From Basidiobolus meristosporus CBS 931.73 (taxonomy: Eukaryota; Fungi; Basidiobolomycota), in assembly GCA_002104905.1 (NCBI GenBank), contig MCFE01000130.1, positions 1 through 64,000 of the forward strand: a stretch of 64,000 nucleotides of DNA, read 5' to 3'. Positions 13,736-26,857 of the stretch are shown in pieces (position 1 is the first letter of the stretch; each line of letters begins with the position of its first letter). A program made the position numbers and the translations under genes. The notes below the pieces were generated by a model, which searched no databases, was not told the DNA's origin, and saw only the letters and a list, made by a program, of their open reading frames with translations.

Positions 13736-15887
13736 TGCAAACGATAATTGTCAAATGAAGCCAAGTATCGCTGGATAATGAAATATCCAACTGACAAAGA
13801 ATATATCCCAGAATAGCGGGTTATCGAAATCCTTTTTCATCGCCAATGATCTAGATGATAGCAGGTGGCAATTTTGAACTGCAAATCAGGATAGCAATCA
13901 AAGGTTACGGGGCGATCTAGAGCATCATCATCGAAAATTCGCCTTTTTCAGGTGGTCTCTTCAGTTTCTATGTGAAGATCACACTTGGTTGATGGAAATT
14001 TTTCGAATTGCCAAGCCACCTCCAGGCCCAGTCAACGCCATCCCATGCTCGCAATTCCCTTAAGAGCAAGTATCATATACATCCAACTATATAACCACCG
14101 TGAAAAGCACCTCTTGTCATTTTGGGCAACCCAGATGCTTGATCTTACCATATGCACACATCCGAATCTCAGGATTTCCATGGCAGTATATGGCACATCA
14201 CATGAGCAAATTTCATTGCAGTGGATTCAGCTTACTAGATCAACAATGTAAAGCATCTTCTATCATTCTAGAAGCCGGTGAAGCGCGACCCTTTTTTTCA
14301 CTATACTACCCCAAGAGACTGTTGCTATTAAATGACCGGTATTTGAAGTCTCTTGTATGACGTAAAGGTGCTGATCACGCGGTAAATTAATGCAGCAAAG
14401 CCTAACTCCTCAAATACATGGGGAGAATCCAGTCTACCGTTCACTTGATTCCAGTTGTATGGGCAGCCTCATATAACCAGAACAGCTACTACCTGAAGTG
14501 CTGATGAAGTGGGATCATATGAAGTCGGAACATAACGGTTATTGCGCGGGGAACGATGGCATGATAAGATTCAGAATAGTCTAATTGAGAGGTAAACAGA
14601 TGTATATTAGGGGGTGGCTCAACGACTGGCTCGTAATGCGTTGCCTCGATAAGTTATGTCCACGTGGGTTTCATTTGAAGGAATCATCCGCCAGTGAGCA
14701 AGACATCGATAAGTAGCAGCATTGCGAATGCTTTGACGCGGACAGACGGATGGCTTCGGCACATTGCAAAAATGCAGAGCATCTTCACCGACATATGCTT
14801 ACCAGGTCAGGTCCATTACCGTGAAGTACGGCCCAATTTGATATACAATCTAGTCGCTGCAGTATTTATGATTCAGGAATAGGGGGTTAGCGCGCACAAC
14901 GAAACATCCTTAATATATTTGCGGGGTTTTAAGAAATACATTGGCATATCAGATAATGATCGGGGCTGATAATGCAACTTCATTAGGCCACCATTCCATA
15001 CATCTCCCTTTACTTTGTGTTTAACAGTGCTCACGTGGATTCTAAAAGGAGTCCAGCATGAGTAACTGGTGCATTCTATGTTATCAAGCACAGGGTTTGT
15101 GGGCCTTTGTTATGTATCTTTGAGGTGTTGAAAGATCGCGTATGCGCCCTCAGACCGCCAGGAAAGCGGTCAACTTTACTCTGCAAGCAGCTATATCGGC
15201 ACCTCTGGCTTTTTATCTCCGCGTCGTTGATTTAATTCCACAAGGCATTCAACTAGTTGCAGTCATGGAGATGGTAACACCACGAGTAACCTGGGGTGCA
15301 TTTTCCTGTTTTGCCTGTGTCGTTCAGACTCAACTCGGGTTGTGGGTTGAGAAACCCGTCACTACTTGAACTACGCTGGTCATTGAATCCATATGATTCA
15401 TGATCTTTCACGTGTAAATGATTCAGATGGTAAGCAATAAGCCATGGGGAACTCTCAATGCCCAGTAGTTTTCCAGAACGTCATGGTCTCCGTACCAGTG
15501 TTATGACTGATTCCAAAACTTCGATTGACTGGGCATCGTACTGGGTTCCTTCCTCCATGGAGGATTCAGGGTAAGGCAGTTTGGCGCCTAAACTTCACAA
15601 CCACATATTTTGTAGATTCGGACAGGCACACCAAGCATTGTTGATCCTTGATCCTATCACAAGGGGGAGAGGCTCATTCCCACTCTCTGATGAAATCTTT
15701 GAATCAGGCTCTCCCTATGTTAGTTTTCTTTTGAAACCAACCACACAACTGCTGTCCCGCAATTCATCCAACCATCCGATCAATGGGGCGAGCATTGCAC
15801 ATGCCATCAGAGTGGTGTAACCGATTTTGAAGTTGCTTTGAGGGGATTCAACGAGATGCATTCAAACATATGATGCTTAGAATAGAG

Positions 15888-15894
15888 TATAAAA
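15888..15894 (+). promoter_or_regulatory. Candidate TATA box of GLT1
   Basis: TATAAAA about 150 bp upstream of ATG 16043; inferred from position only. Confidence 0.45.
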
Positions 15895-16042
15895 GGCGTA
15901 GGTTAGGACAACCAGCCACGTCAATCCTTCATCCTTCCTATTGTACTGGTCTTGGCATTTCTCTATATAGCGCTTCACTATTTATTTGTCATTGCAGCAC
16001 TTTATTTCGGATCTCCACGTAGGAACTACTCATTCGCCCAAC

Positions 16043-19000
16043 ATGTCTACCTCTTCCTTGGACAACAGTAGTCACGGTAACATCACCTGGGCCGATGCCA
16101 TTCCAGAAGCTAAAGGCTTGTACAACCCTGAGTTTGAGAAGGACGCCTGCGGTGTCGGTTTCATGGTTCAGATCAATGGTGTTGCCAGTCACAAAATCGT
16201 CAAGGATGCAAGAACAGTTTTGTGTAACATGACACATCGTGGTGCTGTTGGTGCTGATGTTAGAGATGGAGACGGCGCTGGGGTGATGACGGGAATCCCC
16301 CACAAATTCTTCGTGGATGAAACTACACGCGATCTAAAGATCGACCTGCCTGAATGTGGCCATTACGCTGTTGGAAACATATTTTTACATCCTGATGAAA
16401 AGATCCGCAAGGAGAGCATAGAAATCTTTGAAAGAATCGCGCTAGAGCACGATTTGAAAGTGCTAGGATGGCGTCATGTTCCTTGTGATAACGCCATCTT
16501 GGGCCCTAGTGCAAAGTCCAAGGAACCAACCGTAATGCAGCCGTTTGTGATTCTAGACAAATCCGAATTTGATCCTGCCTACTTCGAAAGACAGCTTTAC
16601 GTTCTACGGAAGTGCGCCACTCATACCATCACATACAAAAGGTGGTTCTACATTTGCTCCCTTTCCAGCAAAAACATCGTTTATAAAGGTCAACTCTCTC
16701 CTTCTCAAGTATATGATTACTATTACGACCTGAATAACGTGTTTTATTCGAGCCATTTCGCCCTCGTTCATTCTCGCTTCTCAACAAACACCTTCCCTAG
16801 CTGGGACAGAGCTCAACCCATGCGTTGGTGTGCCCATAATGGTGAGATTAACACGCTCCGCGGTAATAAGAACTGGATGCGGGCTAGAGAAGGAATCATG
16901 ACTAGTGAGAAGTTCGGTATGGATTTGGAGAAGCTTTATCCCATTATCGAGGAGGGTGGCTCTGATTCCGCAGCCTTTGATAATGTATTGGAGCTGCTGG
17001 TTATTAATGGCGTGCTGTCTCTACCTGAGGCGGTAATGATGATGGTTCCTGAAGCCTGGCAAAATAACCCATATATCACTCCGGAGAAACGGGCATTTTA
17101 CGAGTGGGCAGCTTGTTTGATGGAGCCGTGGGATGGCCCTGCCCTCTTCACATTCTCGGATGGGCGTTATTGTGGTGCCAATCTTGACCGAAATGGGCTT
17201 CGCCCATGCCGCTACTATATCACTAAAGACAATAGAATGATATGCGCTAGCGAAGTAGGAACCATTGAGATCAACCCAGAGGAGATCATATCCAAGGGCA
17301 GGCTTCAACCCGGGAAGATGCTACTGGTCGACACAGTCGAAGGGCGGATCGTGGATGATGAAGAATTGAAAATGAAGGTGGCTGGGCGAAACAACTTTGC
17401 CAAGTGGAACAACGATAATATGCTGACTTTGGAAGCCCTTAAAGCGTGGTCCAAAGAGAACGGGACATGGGAAGGCTATGAGCCAGACAACATCCCCATT
17501 ACTGAGGATCCAAAGAGCCAGGCATTCGGCTTCACATTCGAACAATTAAATCTTTTGATGACGCCTATGATCAATGACGGAAAGGAAGCCCTAGGCTCAA
17601 TGGGCAACGATACCGCACTTGCATGTCTCTCTGTTCAGCCTCGCTCCATTTATGAATATTTCAGGCAGCTCTTTGCTCAAGTTACAAACCCTCCTATCGA
17701 TCCCATCCGAGAGAATATTGTCATGTCGCTTGAGTGCTATGTCGGCCCGGAGGGAAACATCCTGGAAATGAATGAGTCTCAGTGCCGTAAACTCTGCCTG
17801 CCATCGCCAGTTCTGTCCATCGAAGCACTAAATACGATCAAATCGATGGAGGCTTACCACAACGAGTGGCGAGTTAGCACAATCGACATCACTTTTGGAA
17901 AGGAAGAAGGGATTGACGGATATGTAAGAGCTTTGGATAGAATTTGCGATGAAGTGTCCGATTGTATCTCCAAAGGATTCAAAGTGATTGTTCTCTCCGA
18001 TAGAGGAATTAATAAGGATCGTGTTCCTATCAGCGCGCTGATCGCTTGCGGTGGTGTGCATCATCATCTGGTGCGGAACAAACAACGCTCTAAAATTGCC
18101 TTGATCATCGAGACTGGAGAAGCAAGAGAGGTACACCACCTTTGCGTCCTGGTAGGATACGGTGCTGACGCCGTTTGTCCTTACCTTTCAATCGAGGCTA
18201 TGCTGAAGTTGCGCAGAGAAAATGTATTGCGGGATGATCTGACAGATGAGAAGATCGTCTTCAATTATCGCAAGGCATGCAACGATGGGATACTGAAGGT
18301 GATGTCCAAGATGGGAATCTCCACTTTACAGAGTTACAAGGGTGCACAGATATTCGAGGCCCTCGGGATTGACAACTCGGTTGTCGACCGGTGCTTCGTA
18401 GGTACTGCGACCAGAATAAAGGGTGCTGGTTTTAAGCATCTCGCGATAGACGCTCTCGAACTCCACGAGCGTGCTTATCCCAGTCGCGACATAGTGGCAC
18501 ACAGTGGTCTCCCAGAAGCCGGTGAGTATCATTGGAGAGTCAACGGGGAGTCCCACATCAATGAGCCAGCGGCGGTGGCCAACTTGCAAGATGCGGTGCG
18601 TGCCAAGAACTCGAATGCATACAAGGAATACTCCATGAAGTCGCTAGAAGCAATAAAGAATTGCACGCTTCGTGGAATGCTCGAGTTTGATTTCTCCAGC
18701 AGACCATCAATCTCCATTGACGAGGTAGAGCCATGGACAGAAATCGTGAAGCGTTTCTGCACTGGTGCGATGAGCTACGGGTCAATCTCCTATGAAGCGC
18801 ATACCGCCCTGTCCATTGCTATGAACAAATTGGGGGGCAAAAGCAATACCGGTGAGGGTGGCGAAGACCCAGAACGTTCACAGCCACTCGTGAATGGCGA
18901 TCTACTGCGATCAGCAATCAAGCAAGTTGCCTCGGGCCGTTTTGGTGTCACTTCGTATTATCTTTCCGACTCAGATGAGCTTCAAATCAAAATGGCCCAG

Positions 19001-19504
19001 GGAGCCAAACCTGGTGAGGGAGGAGAGCTTCCAGGACACAAAGTGAGTGGAAACATCGCCAAGACAAGAAAATCCACTCCAGGCGTCGGGCTTATTTCCC
19101 CACCACCCCATCACGATATTTACTCCATCGAAGACTTGAAACAGCTTATTTATGACTTGAAGTGCTCTAACCCACGAGCTAGGGTGTCAGTAAAACTGGT
19201 GTCAGAGGTTGGAGTGGGAATTGTAGCTGCTGGTGTCGCGAAGGCTAAAGCGGATCATATCCTAATCTCCGGCCACGACGGAGGAACTGGCGCTAGTCGT
19301 TGGACTGGTATCAGATATGCAGGACTACCTTGGGAATTAGGTCTTGCCGAAACACATCAGACTCTGGTGTTAAATGACTTGCGTGGCCGAGTGGTGGTTC
19401 AAACTGATGGACAGATCAAAACTGGGCGGGATGTGGCGATTGCCTGTTTGCTTGGCGCAGAGGAATGGGGCTTTGCCACGACCCCACTGATCGCCATGGG
19501 CTGT

Positions 19505-19536
<32 letters not shown>

Positions 19537-22297
19537 CCCCGTTGGAATCGCAACCCAGGATCCTGAGCTGCGGAAGAAGTTTGAAGGAAGCCCCGAGCAC
19601 GTGATCAATTTCTTCTACTACGTCGCGGAGGAACTAAGGGAGATCATGGCCAAGCTTGGATTCCGTTCGATTAGGGAGATGGTGGGACATGTTGAATGTT
19701 TGCATGTCAATGAGGAGGTTAGGAACTTCAAGACCCAAAATCTAGATCTATCTGCGATTCTGGTCCCTGCCCACACGCTACGCCAGAATGTTGCTATGGT
19801 AAATAACCGTAAACAAGACCATTTGCTGCATACTCGGCTCGACAACAAATTGATCTTCGAAGCGGAATCTGCGTTAGCGAATGGCGAATCGGTCTATATC
19901 GACGGAAAGGTGGTCAATACAGATCGTGCCGTCGGCGCCACTCTCAGCTATCAAATTTCCAAAAAGTATGGCGAGCAAGGACTTCCGGATGGTACAATTC
20001 ATGTGAAGTTGACTGGGTCCGCGGGTCAAAGCTTTGGTGCCTTCTTAGCTCCGGGAGTTATGCTGGAGTTGGAAGGGGACTCCAATGATTATGTCGGTAA
20101 AGGTCTCTCGGGGGGATGCGTTGTTATTTATCCACCAGCCAATTCGTCCTTCAAATCTGAGGAGAACATCATTGTTGGAAATGTGTGTCTGTATGGCGCC
20201 ACCAGTGGTAGAGCCTTTATCCGAGGCATCGCAGCTGAGCGATTCTGCGTGCGAAACTCCGGGGCCATTGCTCTTGTCGAAGGATTAGGGGATCACGGGT
20301 GCGAGTATATGACTGGTGGTCGTGCCATTATCTTGGGGTCAACTGGTCGAAATTTTGCAGCGGGTATGAGCGGGGGTATTGCTTACGTTCTGGATGTAAA
20401 CAACGATTTCAGACCCAAGTGTAATATGGAAATGGTTGAGCTTGATACGGTGAACGATGATGAGGAAATTCGATTCTTGAAGAGCACAATTGAGGATCAC
20501 TTTTTCTTCACCAAGTCGAGCGTTGCCGAGCGCGTACTTAAAAATTTCTCCCATTTCCTTCCCAAGTTCGTTCGTGTCATGCCTACTGACTATAAGAGAG
20601 TTCTTGAGGAGAGCAAGCAACAAAGCATCCTCTCCACTCCCAAGTTAGTGGAGAGTGTCAAGGATCTAGATATCGGCAAGCCAGGCGAACATGAGCCAGC
20701 AATCCTTGACATCGAGGATACTGCGGTTGATGGAGAAGCGCAAATGAAACGGGTGGCCAAACTAGATAAACTGAAAGGCTTTATGAAGTACAAGAGGAAG
20801 GTGGATGCCTACCGCAACCCGCAGAAGCGGTTGAAGGATTGGAAGGAGGTGAATAACCGTCTGACCAAAGAAGAGCTTCGTACTCAGGCTGCACGCTGCA
20901 TGGACTGTGGCATTCCGTTTTGTCAATCAGACAATGGCTGTCCAATTGGGAATGTTATTCCCAAGTGGAATGAGTTGATCTTCAAGGATCAATGGAAAGA
21001 TGCTTTAGAAAGGCTTATGATGACGAACAACTTCCCGGAATTCACCGGCCGCGTATGCCCCGCCCCTTGTGAAGGAGCCTGTGTTCTAGGCATCAATGAA
21101 CTTCCGGTAAGCATCAAGAGCATCGAGGCAGCCATTATTGATCGTGGGTTTGAGCAAGGTTGGATTGTACCCAGACCCCCCAACCAGCGATCAGGAAAGA
21201 AGGTGGCCATCATCGGGTCAGGGCCTGCAGGGCTAGCTGCGGCTGATCAGCTTAACAAAGCCGGCCATTCAGTCACAGTGTATGATAGAAATGATCGGAT
21301 GGGCGGGCTTCTGATGTATGGCATTCCCAACATGAAATTGGACAAAAAGATAGTTCAACGTCGCCTGGACCTTCTGGCTGCAGAAGGCATTGCATTTGTC
21401 CCTAATGCCAACATAGGTACCGATGTTGATGCTAATCAGATCCGGAGCGAAAATGACGCTATGCTGATTGCCACTGGCGCCACATGGCCACGCGATCTCC
21501 CGATTGCCAACCGCCACTTGGATGGAATCCACTTCGCCATGGAGTTCTTACAACTGAACACCCAAAGTCTAATGGATTCGAATCTTGAAAATGGGCGGTA
21601 TATCAGCGCTAAGGATAAGCATGTCGTGGTAATTGGTGGTGGAGATACTGGATGCGATTGTATTGGAACTTCCGCTCGCCATGGCGCTCTATCGATCACC
21701 AACTTCGAGCTACTTCCTCAGCCACCTGCCAAACGAGCCAAGGAAAACCCTTGGCCGCAGTTCCCACGTGTATTCAAGGTAGACTATGGCCATGCCGAGG
21801 TGCAGTTGCAATACGGAAAAGACCCACGCGAATATTGCATCCTGTCAAAGGAGTTTGTTTCTGATGGGAATGGCAGAGTGAAGGGAATCAACACCGTTCA
21901 AGTCGAATGGGTGAAAGATGATGCGGGACGGTGGACCATGAATGAGATCCCCAATTCGGAGAGATTCTTTAAGGCCGATTTGGTGTTGTTGTCCATGGGC
22001 TTCTTGGGACCAGAGGAGAAATTGATTCAATCATTGAACCTCAAGACCAATAAGAACACTACTATAGAGACACCCGTCGGTAAGTATGGAACCAGTCTAC
22101 CTGGCATTTTTGCTGCCGGTGATTGTCGTCGCGGACAGAGCCTGATTGTATGGGGAATTGATGAAGGACGGCAGGCTGCCCGGGAGGTAGACAGCTACTT
22201 GATGGGGAGTACATTCCTACCCGCCACGGGAGGAATAAAGCAGCGCGCATTACAATCTGCAAGCAATGAAGCCCACTCGCAGAAAATAGCTGTATAA
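16043..22297 (+). CDS. GLT1: NADH-dependent glutamate synthase (fused alpha+beta), single exon
   Basis: Uninterrupted ORF; the first ATG is 16043 (the track starts at an upstream TTG). Motifs: KDACGVGF (Ntn Cys), HSRFSTNTFPSW, QGAKPGEGGELPG, CIMMRKCHLNTCPVG ([3Fe-4S]), RCMDCGIPFC and GRVCPAPCEGAC (Fe-S), GSGPAG, GGGDTG. Confidence 0.99.
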
Positions 22298-22759
22298 TTG
22301 GATCAACATTGAAGACCCGTGTCCACTTCAGTAATATACATATGGCTTTGTACACAGTAATACCCGGTACGTTATGAATTATAATAAACGTTGTTTCAGA
22401 CAACTCCGCTGCTTGGGACTTGACAATAGATCTTGCATGTGGGTGGTATGGTAAAGAATGCAAAAAAGCATTCTTGTATACTCTGAAAAAGCCAGAAGCC
22501 CTTATCGCCCGAGTCTACGGACATTCCTTACATTTCGATTGTTTTCATTTTTCCCATACCTTTGCTGGAAATCTCTTTTTTGCACCATCAGTACATATTG
22601 GTGATGTTACGAAACTTCAAATTTTGTGTAGGTACCTTGACAGAATACTGATTATTCTCAAATTTGCATCATGCATGTTAGTACGCTACCAGTCCCTGAT
22701 CAAGGTAGTCCATTGAAATATCAAGGTGGCTTTGCCTACTGTGTAACAATCGAGTGTTG

Positions 22760-22779
22760 ATATATATATATATATATAT
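22760..22779. repeat. (AT)10 microsatellite
   Basis: Direct reading; lies at the left edge of the TE island. Confidence 0.9.
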
Positions 22780-22927
22780 TGATTGGTACTTCCTCTACTG
22801 GCCTCAATCCTCCTGAGCTTGGAACAGACATATTGGATAGCAGTCAACTAGTCATTTGACAAAGCTCTACAATAGGTTAAAGGACTAAGGACTTGGTGAG
22901 TAAGGAGGAACAACTACTACTTGATTA

Positions 22928-23260
22928 TGTTGTAAAAACTCGTAATTCCACCTAAATATTCACCTAACTTAGTCACTTAGATCATTACCTTCAAATCCTA
23001 AAGAATACTGACCAAAATCCTTGTCAGGATTTACTTGAAATATTTTCCCAGAACATGAAAATTGTCAAAGCTGTCCAAACAGCCCCAAACTTTGTACACA
23101 TGCTCTTGGGACCTTCCTTAACCTATTCTACATGTTTTTGTATGCCAAGAGCATGTAAAAGTATAAATACTACTTTTACATTCAATAAATAATTAAGTGA
23201 AAACCACATTATCTACTAGTTCTCCCAGTCACTTCCAATATCTCCAAGACTCTTACAACA
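22928..23260 (+). mobile_element. Solo LTR, copia family 1
   Basis: TGTTG...CAACA with internal TATAAATA and AATAAA; flanked by a perfect 5-bp TSD GATTA. Confidence 0.95.
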
Positions 23261-23701
23261 GATTAGTCATGAAGTGAAAAAACATTCTCAATTAACCCAC
23301 TCAAAATTACTTCCAAGTTATCAATGCACCTGCTCTTGGAATTGGTAGTATTTCCATATCAGCAAAAGATTTATTAGCACTCAATCACCATCTTGTGAAG
23401 TATGAATATGAATTCTGAGCAATGGGTGTTGGCACTAAGGATACCCCAAATAAAGCTGCAAACATGTGTATCCTATCATTTTCTGAGCCCATATACCAAG
23501 ATAGAATCTAAGCAATTAGCAGTGTTACTAGACCCAGAAATATGGCTGATACAACACTTCTTGCTTTGTTACTTTGTATACATATCTCAGCTACCTTGGG
23601 TTGCTGGAAAAATACTATGGCTGCAAATATTCTGTCAACTTGAGCACTTCTACAGTATCTTACAAATCTTGGAATATATAACCAAAATATTGGCTACCTA
23701 G

Positions 23702-24023
23702 TGTTGCAAGTCTTATAATTTCACCTGAATATTTGTCTAACTTAATCACTCAGATCATAGTCTACAAATCTTAAAGAGTCCTGCCAAAATTCCTTGATGG
23801 GATTTGCATGACACATTTTCTTCAAAGCATCAGGTACCTGGAGCATAAAATATCTCAGATTTGTCCCAACAGCCCCAAACTTTGCACACATGCCCTTAAG
23901 ACCTTCCCAAACATATTCTACAAGTTTGTTTTGCCAAGACCTTGTATGCATAGTGACACTGATTTTACATTCAACAAATCATCATACACAGTACACTTGA
24001 ATTACTTGTTCTCCCAATTGCTT
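23702..24023 (+). mobile_element. Diverged family-1 LTR, 3' end truncated
   Basis: Starts TGTTGC and retains CAGCCCCAAACTTTGCACACATG; ends abruptly at the long inverted-repeat unit starting ~24024. Confidence 0.75.
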
Positions 24024-24270
24024 CCCCTGCAAAAAATCTCAAACTTAGAATTAAGCTGGTGTATTTCCTTCAATTTCCAGTAGATGTAATGAGCAACTGG
24101 TTACCAAATTTGGCATGAATTCTAGTTGGCCTAGTCTCCTCCTGTCAAGTATGACTGCTTGTTGGTCTAGCAGCTAGTGCCTGAGATACTAAGAGTTGAC
24201 AGTTTTGAGATATGGGGATTTCAGCCAATATTGTGGCAGTATTGTGCCGGCCTTTTCTCAATTTTTTTTC
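24024..24270 (+). repeat. Long-repeat family R, copy 1
   Basis: Tip CCCCTGCAAAAAATCTCAAACTTAG resembles CCCTATGAAAAATCTCATACTTGG at 49929. The core TACCAAATTTGGCATGAATTCTAGTTGGCCTAGTCTCCTCC is shared with the other copies. Confidence 0.7.
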
Positions 24271-26233
24271 TTAAGGATCCAGTATCTCCAAAGGTTGTAA
24301 AGCAGCTATCTTACTATCATCCCTTATGGTACTCCATAAAAAGTCATATGAACAATCCTGTCAAGGGCCATTACAAAATCAAGACCAGGGGCAATGGAAT
24401 GTATGTCATTCCTAAAACATTAACAGAGCAGCATTGCACTCATTGTTGGATTCATTGTGAAGTTTGTAATTCCCCCTAAATATTCAGCTAACTTGGTCAC
24501 TTAATTCATTACCTTCAAATCCTAGTGAATACTGACCTAAATCCTTGTTAGCATATACTTGGAATATTTTCACAAAAATACCAGGTTTGCAGAACATGAA
24601 AATAGCCAAGAACCTACTATCTGTAAGCAAGGCTACAGCAGAAGGACTCAGTTTCAGCTTTGACAATTCTGGATGCAGGATCACTGATCAGAATTGTGCC
24701 CATGTTGCTTTGGGTATCAGAGTTCAGAATCTATACAAGTTGCCTTATATTCCATCATATTTGGAAGCCAATATAAGTAACTTAAGTGTAAAAACACCAA
24801 CGCTCTGACACTGGAGATTTGGGCACATCAATTTTGACTATTTGAGCAAAATGATCAAAGATCAGCTAATTTCTGGATTAAATATTGATCCCCTGGTAAA
24901 TTTGAGCACTGTGAAGCCTGCATATATGGGAAACAAGCCAGACAACCATTCAAGAGCTCTGTGTTAATCAAAACTAAGAAAAAATTAGATCTAATTCACT
25001 CAGATCTGTGTGGACCTATGCAAAATTTATCCTTAGGTGGGATAAAATATTTAATAACTTTAATTGATGATTATACAAGATACACATGGGTTTACTTCTT
25101 AGAGAGAAGGGAAGAAGCTCTATCTAAGCTCAGGGAGTTCAAAGCCATGGTGGAGAGAGAAACTGATGAAAAAATCAAGAAAATTTGCTCTGACAATAGT
25201 GGAAAATACACCTTAAAACTCTTCAACAACTTCTGCAAAATTCATGGGATAAACCAAAAGACTACTGTACCATACTCCCCACAGCAAAATGGAGTAGCAG
25301 AACATGCCAACAGATTAATAATTAAATTGGCAAGATCTATGGTCAATGATCAAAAATTATCCTATGATTTTTGGATGGAATCAGTTGTCACTGCTATTTA
25401 CCTTAAAAATAGGAGTTATAACAGAATACTTCATGATTCTACTCCATTTGAAGCATGGTATGGGTACAGACCAATTGTGGAACATCTAAGAAAATCTGGG
25501 TATACAGCATATGCCAAGAAACTGCCCAGAGATCAGTCAAAATTTGAGCCAACAAGTGTAAAATGCATATTTTTGGGCTATTGCAATGAGAGTAAAGCAT
25601 ACAGACTCTACAATACCAAAGCAAAGAAGCTGATCAAGTCCAGGGATGTGTTGTTTGATGAAAATTCAAAATTTTCACAAAAAATGACATCAGATGATGA
25701 CATAAATTTGATCACAAGTCCACCAATTGTCAGGATTGAATCAGAGCAAAACAGTGAATATTTTTTAACTCCAGAGGACTCTACAACCATGGTTCAGCCT
25801 GAAACAGTGCCCAGGAATATCCCAGAAGTGATCATTCCAGTATCAAATGCCTGGTGATCCAATTAGACAAGAAGTAGCCCAAATTACTATATCAATGAGG
25901 GTACAAACTTAGCCTATGCCTATTCAGTCCATATTGATGAGCCCCAGACTGTAAAAGAGGCCCTAGATAGCCCTCAGACAAAGTTTTGGAGATCTGCAAT
26001 GACTGAGGAATATCAGGCCCTGATGGAAAATTAAACTGGGACTTAGTCAAATTACCAATCAACCAAAAATCAATTGGATGCAGATGGGTCTTCAAGACAA
26101 AATACAAGGCTGATGGTACAATTGAAAGATACAAAGCAAGACTTGTGGCCAAAGGATACTCCCAAACAAAAGGACTTGACTATACTGAGCCCTTTGCACC
26201 AATAGCCAAGTTTAATTCCATCAGATTAGTATT

Positions 26234-26444
26234 AGACTTGTTCAATCATTCCAGGTGATTATAGTGCCCAATAGTACCATAGCATGCCAGATGGTGCCTG
26301 ATCATGCTACAGAGTGGCAGATGGTGCCATACAGTGCCAATTTGGGATCAAAATTGACATGCATATGACCCTAAAATATCAGATTAATAACAAAATATAC
26401 AGCACTTTCTGGCACTATGATCAATGGCACAATGGAACAAGTCT
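26234..26444. mobile_element. MITE-like insertion, 211 bp
   Basis: Perfect 10-bp TIR AGACTTGTTC...GAACAAGTCT. Interrupts the copia RT, which is contiguous in copy B (AGATTAATATTGGCTATTGC). Flanks are ATT / ATG. Confidence 0.85.
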
Positions 26445-26844
26445 ATGGGCTATTGCAGCCAAATATAAGTTTTTTATTCATCAAATGGATGCAAATGTTT
26501 TAAGAGTCTTGGAGATATTGGAAGTGATTCAGAGAACAAGTATATTATGTGGTTTTCACTTAATGATTTATTGAATGTAAAAGTAGTATTTATACTTTTA
26601 CCTGGTCTTGGCATTATAAACACAAAAAATAGGTTAAGGAAGGTCCCAAAAACATGTGTGCAAAGTTTGGGGCTGTTTGGACACCTTTGAGAATTCTCAT
26701 GTTCTGAGTACCTGGTATTTTGGTGAAAATATTCCAAGTTAATCCCAACAAGGAATCTGGTCAGTATTCTCTAGGATTTGAAGGTAATGATCTAAGTGAC
26801 TAAGCTAGGTGAATATTTAGGTGGAATCACAAATTTTTGCAACA

Positions 26845-26857
26845 CTCCTACTCAGCC
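26845..26857 (-). other. Polypurine-tract-like sequence of element B
   Basis: GGCTGAGTAGGAG immediately precedes the 3' LTR TGTTG on the minus strand. Confidence 0.7.

Noticed and set aside
14560-14900. GATAAG motifs upstream of GLT1, and a faint RT-like frame (PYFTVMDL)
   Set aside because: The hexamers are frequent by chance and over 1 kb from the ATG; the RT resemblance is too short and not collinear.
15989-22463. Numerous antisense or alternative-frame ORFs over GLT1 (likewise over GND1, NUP133, PEX19)
   Set aside because: Shadow ORFs expected from codon bias; no recognisable domains.
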